DNA of 63,023 bases, filler included, from Octopus bimaculoides (Eukaryota): assembly GCF_001194135.2 (NCBI RefSeq). It is 7 parts of 7 records of this genome, joined end to end, with 100 filler letters (N's around TTAATTAATTAA, not from the genome) between each part and the next. Parts side by side here need not be neighbours in the genome. Positions count along the whole stretch, not along the records: positions 49,436 to 57,245 come from NC_069002.1; positions 57,346 to 63,023 come from NC_068983.1; 5 more parts are not named here. One strand, given 5' to 3'. A program made the translations under genes and the position numbers. Every line of letters starts with the position of its first letter. The first letter of the stretch is position 1. Shown here piece by piece: positions 52,136-63,023 of the stretch. The notes below the pieces were generated by a model, which was given only the letters and a program-made list of their open reading frames with translations, made no database searches and was not told where the DNA came from.

Positions 52136-52329
52136 TTTCATTTTTTACTGGTTTTATTTCTTGGACTGCGGTCAAGTTGGGGGCATCGTCTTAAAGAGTT
52201 TTTAGTCGAGCAAATCCACCCAAAATACTTATTTTACCAAAGCCCGGTAGGCATTCTATCGTTCTTTTTGCCGAACCGGTAATTTACTGGTACTGAGACG
52301 CACCAACACCACATTTTCTAATATGTACG

Positions 52330-52730
52330 TGCATGATGTGGAAAATATTCCATCAGTATTGCCCGAATGATGTTGGCATCACCTAAGACTTGGATCCCTT
52401 GCTATACGCCCACAACATAAATCATACTCGTATTAGATAACAATACAGCACAATTATTTCACCTCAATTGGCCCAACTCTTTTTAACATTACACCAAGAC
52501 ACATTAAAGCAGAAATAGACCTCATAATGTTAAAGGAGTCTTTGGACAAATTCTTTCAAGAAATCACGGATAAACCTCCTCCATCCGGATATCTCTCTGC
52601 AAAACAATAACTCTCTACTCGAGTGGGCCATGTTGTCCGATTCCTGATTTGAATGACTTTGCCAGGTGGTGCTATTAAGTTAGACAAGGCCTGGGCCAAT
52701 ACAGGCCGAAACCTATCAAAGTATCAAAGT
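52330..52730 (+). mobile_element. CR1-group LINE 3' end
   Basis: GPTLFNITPRHIKAEIDLIMLKESLDKFFQEITDKPPPSGY... ORF end, then a GGCCTG/CAGGCC hairpin and terminal (TATCAAAG)2. Confidence 0.7.
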
Positions 52731-53259
52731 TTCTAACCATGAACATCTGTATATGTATGAGCTTGTGAACTTCTGTAGTGAACTTATTTCACGAACAAAA
52801 TGGATTTTATCAGTAATTGAAACAGAACCATCTCTGCTACAGTTAGTTTGATGTGGAATTACATTGAGAATTCACCAATCTTTGGAGTACCTAGTCACTG
52901 ATGCCATTGTTTTAATGGGTTTTTCAAGCATCAAGATTCCTTATTATCGAAAACTTTGGACATTTATGTAGTAGTTTAGGTATGTACATATTTAGATATA
53001 TATGCATGTGGATGTGTACGCATTTACATAGGTGCACATTTATATAGGCACGCATTTATACAGGTGCACATGCGCATACAAATGCAAACACATGCAAACA
53101 CACACATATACATATAATACATGTATAATCTGCCTAATTATATACACATATATATATATGTATGTGTGTATGTGTCCATGCTTCTGTGTGTGTGTGTGTG
53201 TGTGTATGAATGTCTTGAGTGAAGGTGTGTAGTGTTTGTGTACGAATGTGAATATATCT

Positions 53260-53324
<65 letters not shown>

Positions 53325-54089
53325 CTCTCTCTATATATATATGTATATATATAAGTATATTTATGTATATATGTGTATGCATGTGTGCATGTGGGTATAC
53401 TTGTACATGTTGAGCACATGGTTACAAATGTGTACATATGGATGCATATGTATGACGAAATGCATTTATTTATGCATTTGTGCAAGTTTCTCAACTCATA
53501 TGTATATCTGTTTGCAAAATGGCGCTTTTTCACTTTACGTATTTGAATATCTGTGTTTATGTGCATACCTTTAATGTGTGTGTATGTATGTTTATCTATG
53601 TGTTCATGCGCATGTGTGCACATTTAGGTATGTATAATTATGTGATCATGCGCATACGTGTTTGTTGTATGTGTTTTGTGTTTGGCGGGTGAGTAGATGT
53701 AATTATTATGATCTTTTCGTCGGAAAATATTTGTCTTTATAAAATATTCACTAACTGTAATAATGTAAAAGAAAATATAACGACAAAAAAAAAATTATTT
53801 ATATTCAACGTTAGTATTTCCACCCACCACCTCTGCTAATAACAACAATAACAATAAAGTGAGCAAGAAAAGTAAAAAAAAATTACATCAACAACAACAT
53901 CTACAACACCAAAAACAATAGGAAAAAATAAAAAAACAAACACACACAGGCCACAGAAAGGGGAGAGAAAGTGGGAAAAGAGAGAGAGAGAGGGGGTAGA
54001 GAGGGAGAGAGAGGGAAGAGAATCATGATGAGAGCATAAAATCTGAGGTGTAATGATTTCATCAACAACGAAATCAACGAGAACAACAG

Positions 54090-55040
<951 letters not shown>

Positions 55041-55404
55041 GATTGAGAGAGAATGAGTGATTGTACAAAGCAGATATTATTATTAAAGTTTGAAGAAAAA
55101 AACGTAATAAGATCCCATAAAACAAGAAAGGAAAAACGAGGAAAAACGAGGAAAAACGAGGAAAAACGAGGAAAAACGAGGAGAAACGAGGAAAAACGAA
55201 GAAAAAAGTGAGTTTGAAGAATTATTACATGCACATAAGCGGCATAGCTGCTAAGACTTTGGTTTGAATATTAGGGAAACGGGAACTGATTTTAATGGCT
55301 TCTGCCCAGGAGGTGAGATAGCTGTCGTCTGTTTTAATCAATAATCTAGGCGCATGCGCTCATACACACTTTATCTGTCTTTTCTCCGTCATTCTGTTTC
55401 GTCG

Positions 55405-55451
<47 letters not shown>

Positions 55452-55693
55452 TTTACTCATTTCGTTTCTTCTCTTTCCCTCTCTGTCGCCGCTTTCAGAA
55501 TGTTCACTCTTTCGTTCGTATTCTCCTGCTGCTTACCATTAAAAAAAAAAAAATCCCCTTCCTTCTTCATTTCACTCGAATTTTCTCTTTCATCCTACCA
55601 CTCTCTGTCTCTCTCTCCCTCTCTCCCTCTCTCTCTCATTCTTTCTATATGAGCATATGTGCTACTTTGTTGTACTTGTCTGAGTGGCTGATA

Positions 55694-55726
<33 letters not shown>

Positions 55727-56560
55727 TTTCTCTCACACTCTTATGATATGTGTGCATACCCACATCTACTCACGCACACACAGCCCGTACACACGTATAT
55801 AAAAGGGATGAGAAAGTGATATTTCGTGTATATATATTCATACACACATGTGTATGTGTATGTGTATGTATACACAAAAATATAGACTTACATATATGTA
55901 TATATGTATACGTACACTTTTATGTATGTATAAATACATTTAAATTATTGCATATATATATATCCATATATATATATATATATATANNNNNNNNNNNNNN
56001 NNNNNNNNNNNNNNNNNNNNNNNNNNNNNNNNNNNNNNNNNNNNNNNNNNNNNNNNNNNNNNNNNNNNNNNNNNNNNNNNNNNNNNNNNNNNNNNNNNNN
56101 NNNNNNNNNNNNNNNNNNNNNNNNNNNNNNNNNNNNNNNNNNNNNNNNNNNNNNNNNNNNNNNNNNNNNNNNNNNNNNNNNNNNNNNNNNNNNNNNNNNN
56201 NNNNNNNNNNNNNNNNNNNNNNNNNNNNNNNNNNNNNNNNNNNNNNNNNNNNNNNNNNNNNNNNNNNNNNNNNNNNNNNNNNNNNNNNNNNNNNNNNNNN
56301 NNNNNNNNNNNNNNNNNNNNNNNNNNNNNNNNNNNNNNNNNNNNNNNNNNNNNNNNNNNNNNNNNNNNNNNNNNNNNNNNNNNNNNNNNNNNNNNNNNNN
56401 NNNNNNNNNNNNNNNNNNNNNNNNNNNNNNNNNNNNNNNNNNNNNNNNNNNNNNNNNNNNNNNNNNNNNNNNNNNNNNNNNNNNNNNNNNNNNNNNNNNN
56501 NNNNNNNNNNNNNNNNNNNNNNNNNNNNNNNNNNNNNNNNNNNNNNNNNNNNNNNNNNNN

Positions 56561-56594
<34 letters not shown>

Positions 56595-57136
56595 TACATA
56601 GACACATACACATATATATAGTAGTAAAAAGAATCGATAAAAATCTTTTTCACGTGGTGAATTGTAGTGAAAAATATAAAAAGAGCAAAATGCACAAAAA
56701 TTTTATGTTAGAGAAATATAAGTACACACATGTATGTGGGTGTATATTTACGTATCCAACCGGTTTCGCTTGTGCTAATCATGACTAAGGAGTTCGGGAT
56801 ATTGTTACAGTTTCACGCTGTCATAAGCAGTTTTCATTCCATGTTAGTAGGGGACAGACTGTCAAGGAGCAAAGCAGTTATAAAAACGGAACAGGGAGCG
56901 GGTATGATATACAAATATCAAGATAGGGACAGAGGAAATTAGAACGTATATAAAAAATATCATGCAAATATAGAATATCTCGATAAATTCAAGCCCAGAA
57001 TATATAAACATACTTTCATATATACAACTAGTTAAACTTAACATTTTGATAGAAACAGATGAGATGATACCTCTAAGCTTATTGCACACATAAATTACTC
57101 GGTAAAGTTCGGTAAAGTTCGGTAAAGTCCGCGCAG

Positions 57137-57174
<38 letters not shown>

Positions 57175-57245
57175 TTCAAAAAAGAAAAACGACAAAAAAA
57201 CAACAAAAAACAACAACGCGAGGACGTGATACAGTTATTGTATTA

Positions 57246-57345
57246 NNNNNNNNNNNNNNNNNNNNNNNNNNNNNNNNNNNNNNNNNNNNTTAATTAATTA
57301 ANNNNNNNNNNNNNNNNNNNNNNNNNNNNNNNNNNNNNNNNNNNN
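57246..57345. other. Artificial assembly spacer
   Basis: N44-TTAATTAATTAA-N44. Confidence 0.95.
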
Positions 57346-57896
57346 TGTGTGTGTGTGTATGGATTCAAATATGCAATACAAAATTTTCAGTAGCAATCTA
57401 AAGAAGCGACCCAGCGAAGAGAGAGAGAGAGAGAGAGATAGAGAGAGAGAGAGATAGAGAGAGAGAGAGATAGAGAGAGAGAGATAGAGAGAGAGAGATA
57501 GAGAGAAATTGCAGTATATATACTGAAAAAAGGGGACACAGAAGACAAAACACTTGAAGTAAAGACTAGTCACATGCAAAGAAACGTTCTGAGAAACAGA
57601 ATAAAAGCATCATAAGATCTGTATTCACGTTGTTATCATAAAAAAAAGCAGACACGTATATCTACATGTCAAACCGTAATTATATAATTTAGTAAATAGA
57701 ACAAAAAGCAGACGATAATATAGAAAGATGCTCCTTTCTTAACGAGAAACAAAAGATATTTGATAAGGTTTCATTGTGCAAGAGAAAAAAGCAGGCAAAT
57801 CTTAGGCTAAGGTAGATAATTTATGTTAGTGTGTTTGTGTACAAGCGTATATATCTATAACTATTTATCCATCTCTCCATCTATTTCTTTCCTCTT

Positions 57897-57980
<84 letters not shown>

Positions 57981-58380
57981 GTTTCCAAGAAGAATTTTAT
58001 CAAGGAATGCAAAGTTTTCTTTGGGCCGCCATGTCAAAATACGAATTGTAGTTTTCAATACATGTAAACATGTGTATGGGTATGTATGTATATATACATA
58101 CAAATATACAAGTTAAAAATGAAACAACACGGAACTCAGTCGTTAGTCACGCTAGCGCCTTTGAGTATGAAAACATTATTCATTTTGTATGTTTAAATAT
58201 TACTAAGCATTGCAGCACTGATACTATGTCAGGGTCAAATGCTGTCATATATAACAGAGAGACAAGAATTTGCCACTAAATTATGATTAATGTATAGTAA
58301 AACTTACAGCGTAGAGTTGATAGAATCTATTATAAACGAAGTGAAAATAGTGTGACTAAGGTAAGTAAATACGTAACTAC

Positions 58381-58590
58381 GGTGACGAGCTGGCAGAAAC
58401 GTTAGCACGCCGGGCGAAATGCTTAGCGGTATTTCGTCTGTCTTTACGTTCTGAGTTCAAACTACACCGAGGTCGACTTTGCCTTTCATCCTTTCGGGGT
58501 CGATAAATTAAGTACCAGCTGCGTACTGGAGTCCATCTAATCGACTGGCCCCCTCCCCCAAAATTTCAGACCTTGTGCCTAGAGTAGAAA
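58381..58590 (+). mobile_element. SINE family A, CpG-intact copy
   Basis: GACGAGCTGGCAGAAACGTTAGCACGCCGGGCGAAATGCTTAGCGG...GAGTTCAAA...GGGGTCGATAAATTAAGTACCAG. Confidence 0.88.
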
Positions 58591-59865
58591 GGTATATATG
58601 ACCTAACTCTTAAGATACAACTTAGAAAGTGAGTAGGTAATGGAAAATGGACAAGAAAATAATGTAAAATATGAGTGTTAAAGATGTCCGTTTTAATAGA
58701 GCTGATGGTTCAGTTCACATGTCTGGCATTACGCAATGTCTGAGACAAAGATAATTAACCATCGTATATATCTAGAGCTTTGTTTCCCAAGCTGTAAATA
58801 TGTGTCATGTTAAGATCATGACTATAAGTAGAGAGAACGCTACTTTGAATATGCAAATTATGTTTAAATTCTGTTTCCCATTTTAAAGTTCATTCTGAGT
58901 TGCTGGAGATAGGATTGAAAGTAAGGATGTATTAATAGTATATCTACGATACCAGAAATACTCAAAGGAGAACTAAAGAGTAAGTACAGGCTTCCCAACC
59001 ACATGGTTCCAGGTTCAGTACCACTGTGTGATACCTTGGGCAATGTCTTCTACTATAGCCTAGAGCCGACCAAAGCCTTGTGAGTGGATTTGGTAGACGG
59101 AAACTGAAAGAAACCCGTCGAATATAAATATATCTATATGTATTCGACGGGCTTCTTTCTGTGTGAGTGTGTGCGTGTGTGCGTGTGTGTGTGTGTGTGT
59201 GCGCGCGCGCGTCTTTGTGTCTGTGTTTTCCACCACCACCGCTTGACAATCGGTGTCGGTGTGGTTACATCCCCGTAATTTAGCGGTTTGACAAAACAGT
59301 TGGACAGAATAATTACCAGGCGTAACAAAAACAAAGAAAAAAACTACTGTNNNNNNNNNNNNNNNNNNNNNNNNNNNNNNNNNNNNNNNNNNNNNNNNNN
59401 NNNNNNNNNNNNNNNNNNNNNNNNNNNNNNNNNNNNNNNNNNNNNNNNNNNNNNNNNNNNNNNNNNNNNNNNNNNNNNNNNNNNNNNNNNNNNNNNNNNN
59501 NNNNNNNNNNNNNNNNNNNNNNNNNNNNNNNNNNNNNNNNNNNNNNNNNNNNNNNNNNNNNNNNNNNNNNNNNNNNNNNNNNNNNNNNNNNNNNNNNNNN
59601 NNNNNNNNNNNNNNNNNNNNNNNNNNNNNNNNNNNNNNNNNNNNNNNNNNNNNNNNNNNNNNNNNNNNNNNNNNNNNNNNNNNNNNNNNNNNNNNNNNNN
59701 NNNNNNNNNNNNNNNNNNNNNNNNNNNNNNNNNNNNNNNNNNNNNNNNNNNNNNNNNNNNNNNNNNNNNNNNNNNNNNNNNNNNNNNNNNNNNNNNNNNN
59801 NNNNNNNNNNNNNNNNNNNNNNNNNNNNNNNNNNNNNNNNNNNNNNNNNNNNNNNNNNNNNNNNN

Positions 59866-60157
59866 GAGCACTCCACAGACACGTGTACCCTTAACGTAGT
59901 TCTCGGGGATATTCAGCATGACACAGTGTGACAAGGCTGACCCATTGAAATACAGGTACAACAGAAACAGGAAGTAAGAGTGAGAGAAAGTTGTGGTGGA
60001 AGAGTAAAGCAGGGTTCGCCACCATCCCCTGCCGGAGCCTCGTGGAGCTTTAGGTGTTTTCGCTCAATAAATACTCACAACGCCCGGTCTGGGGATCGAA
60101 ACCGCGATCCTATGACCGCGAGTCCGCTACCCTAACCACTGGGCCATTGCGCCTCCA
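59866..60157 (-). mobile_element. SINE family D
   Basis: Closely similar to 2762-3139; truncated by a gap. Confidence 0.85.
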
Positions 60158-61215
60158 CACATGAAGGACTGCACACAGTGGCTTAAAGGTCTAAGACGGC
60201 TCCTAAAGAAATTGTCTTACACAGCTGGAAAAGCGCCATGTATCTGGAGCTACTGGAAGTGTGTGAAAGAGGGCACCGGATCGCCTGAAGGAACCTGCTC
60301 CTTGATTTGCTGTCGAGGATGATACCCCTAGCATTTTTCGTTCTTTAGGCACTCAGAAGGTAGTGATCGTTTTTGCTTGGGGTTTCTTTCATAACATGCT
60401 AATTAACCCATAGCTGGGACTTTGATAGGTGCTACAACTCGGTCAGAGTTAAATCTGGGAACTACAATGAATAAGAGGTGAATCCACACTCCTCTAAACC
60501 CTGGAACTCCTGAACCAGGGTTCCACCATTAGACACAGTTCAAAGTCATATTTAGGAAACAAACGCGCGCGCGCGCACACACAAATGTAACATCAAACAA
60601 CGAACTATTCATTGCAGTGCATATTAGATTTCATCATGGTGGGAAATGAACATTTTGTGTCAGGTTGGCAACGCAAAACCTTTTGCCGCAGTAAAAGCTA
60701 AATGTTGAGAGTTCCAAAAATTGATGCCACAAATGCAGACTGTCAGCTACAATAAAACAAGAGTATCCTTCTTACTTAAGGTCTCTTCAGTACCCATATT
60801 GCATAAATATTATTCATCTTTAACATTTGCGTCAATGGAAACTAACAATTCAATGTCTCGGAGAGCAGACTTATTTCAGAATACATATCATATGCCACAT
60901 GACTTCAATTTTGTATCAATTCGACAGTCATTAGACAATTTACTGGATTTTATTTTCATTCAACATCCTTAAACAACCCTTATTCAGGGACCTTTTGGGC
61001 GGGATGGGCTACTCGACCTGAAGAAAATTCTAACTGGGCTCCACCTGCGAGGTCATGTGCTGTTTATCTTGATATGAGATCACCATGTCGCGCACATATG
61101 GTTGTGATGTATGTGCCTGGTGTACCCTTATCAGACGGGTAGTCATGATGGGTGTAATGGGCTTCGTATATTTTACCCCAGTGTCACTTTGATGGCATGC
61201 ACTGCTCTCTCACTC

Positions 61216-61269
<54 letters not shown>

Positions 61270-61519
61270 TCATGACAATAATAATAAAATTGGATGCGGT
61301 TTTTGTCATCAGCATGCAAAGCTACACCAGAATATGTTTTGAAAAATAATGTGGTGAAAATTTGATAAACTTCAACTCGTTAGACTCGTTAGAAGAAATT
61401 TAATAAGATAGGCACATGGTTCTGGGTTCAGTTCCACTGTGTGGCACCTTGGGCAAGTGTCTTCTATTATAGCCTCGGGACTACCAAAGCTTTGTGAGAA
61501 GCTATATATATAATACAAA

Positions 61520-63023
61520 TAATAAATGAGTATATGCATATATACGTACATGTATGTACATACCTACATCTACCTGTGTATATAGATGCATATCTGGGTA
61601 CAGGACATTGCATTGCAAACAAAACGTAGACAAAATGATAAACAGAGTACAGAAAACACACAGGCCACATAGAGAACATTTCCTTCGTCAGCTGCCACCA
61701 TNNNNNNNNNNNNNNNNNNNNNNNNNNNNNNNNNNNNNNNNNNNNNNNNNNNNNNNNNNNNNNNNNNNNNNNNNNNNNNNNNNNNNNNNNNNNNNNNNNN
61801 NNNNNNNNNNNNNNNNNNNNNNNNNNNNNNNNNNNNNNNNNNNNNNNNNNNNNNNNNNNNNNNNNNNNNNNNNNNNNNNNNNNNNNNNNNNNNNNNNNNN
61901 NNNNNNNNNNNNNNNNNNNNNNNNNNNNNNNNNNNNNNNNNNNNNNNNNNNNNNNNNNNNNNNNNNNNNNNNNNNNNNNNNNNNNNNNNNNNNNNNNNNN
62001 NNNNNNNNNNNNNNNNNNNNNNNNNNNNNNNNNNNNNNNNNNNNNNNNNNNNNNNNNNNNNNNNNNNNNNNNNNNNNNNNNNNNNNNNNNNNNNNNNNNN
62101 NNNNNNNNNNNNNNNNNNNNNNNNNNNNNNNNNNNNNNNNTGTGTGTGTGTGTGTGATGATGAAGAAGAATGTTCTCTATGTGGCTTGTGTGTTTTCTCG
62201 TCTACGTTTTGTTTGCAATGTCCTGTACCCAGATATGCACCTACACATACAGGTGGATGTCGGTATGCACATGCCTGTACGTATATATGCATATACTCAT
62301 TTACTATTTGTTTTTACATGACCGAACGCAGCGTCACCAATCTGTAAGTAGTTTTCGTAACTTTATATTTTCCGACGCTACTCTATCTCTTTCTCTTTCT
62401 CTTCCTCCTCAATTTTCCCCCTCTCGTTCTTCCTCTGTATACTATTACGTATCTCTCTTTACCCCTCTCGTTCTTCATCTGTTACTACTACGTATCTCCT
62501 TTTCCCCCATCCTACTTCCTCTCTTCCTCTTTTCCTCTCGTTGCTCACCTATTCTTCTACTTCCTCCCTTTGTTTCTCCCTCTACCACTCTCTCTCTCTT
62601 CCCCTTACACCGGCATGGTCACATGCTTCCGGTCAATAATCCTTTTCTTCCTTGGCTATCGCCGAGCAAACACGCGAACTTACTTCGTCCCCACTTTCAA
62701 GTTCGTGCCTCACAGCGTTCATACACATAATTTTTCCTGTCTGGCCGTATAGCCTTTTCTATTTGTTTTCCTGTCTTGTTTTTTGTCCGCCACTACATTC
62801 CTCCATGGCAAGGTTTAATTTGTGTATACAAATTTAATTTGCGGTCCATGGGAAGAGCTGTTTTAGCGATGCGTGCTGCCCAGCTCTTCGAAACGCCGGT
62901 GTTAAAACGGGGGTAGCTGATGAAGAAGAATGTTCTCTATGTGGCTTGTGTGTTTTCTCGTCTACGTTTTGTTTGCAATGTCCTGTACCCAGATATGCAC
63001 CTATACATACAGGTGGATGTCGG
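61520..63023. repeat. Repeat present as one inverted and two direct copies (762-bp spacing)
   Basis: GATGAAGAAGAATGTTCTCTATGTGGC...CCAGATATGCACC at about 62157 and 62919, reverse copy at about 61520-61700. Confidence 0.8.

Noticed and set aside
52689-52715. GGCCTG/CAGGCC stem followed by GAAAC
   Set aside because: No upstream CTGANGA core; better explained as the 3' stem-loop of the CR1-group LINE.

Overview
Eukaryotic, AT-rich, microsatellite- and SINE-saturated animal DNA. It resembles a coleoid cephalopod (Octopus-like) genome, but this is inferred from repeat content only. The window is not contiguous: six 100-bp artificial spacers (44 N + TTAATTAATTAA + 44 N) join seven pieces, and there are many further N gaps. 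Only the piece at 20508-47316 contains recognisable genes, arranged tail to tail. On the + strand are the last exons of an LRP2/megalin-like receptor (20581-25927: final EGF repeat, TM helix, cytoplasmic tail). On the - strand is an apparently complete MANSC-domain, mucin-like type I membrane protein of the MANSC1/C11orf24 type (44930 to 30262). Both gene structures were assembled by hand from GT-AG exons with consistent phases and are mostly invisible in the ORF track. The rest is transposon debris (Tx1/L1, RTE and CR1-group LINEs, mariner and DD37D transposases, MITEs, at least four short interspersed families) and simple repeats, which create nearly all the long ORFs. The most striking observation is a 460-bp insertion with a 13-bp TSD in the last MANSC intron (30704-31163). 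It combines a tRNA-like Pol III head with two inverted copies of a tail, each carrying a minimal type I hammerhead ribozyme motif, in the inverted-repeat-plus-3'-extension geometry typical of Penelope-like elements. Other highlights: a CpG-decayed second hammerhead, tandem 180-nt exons that keep dense N-glycosylation sequons despite divergence, an orphan CpG-rich promoter-like island between the two gene ends, and inverted repeats bracketing the megalin TM exon.
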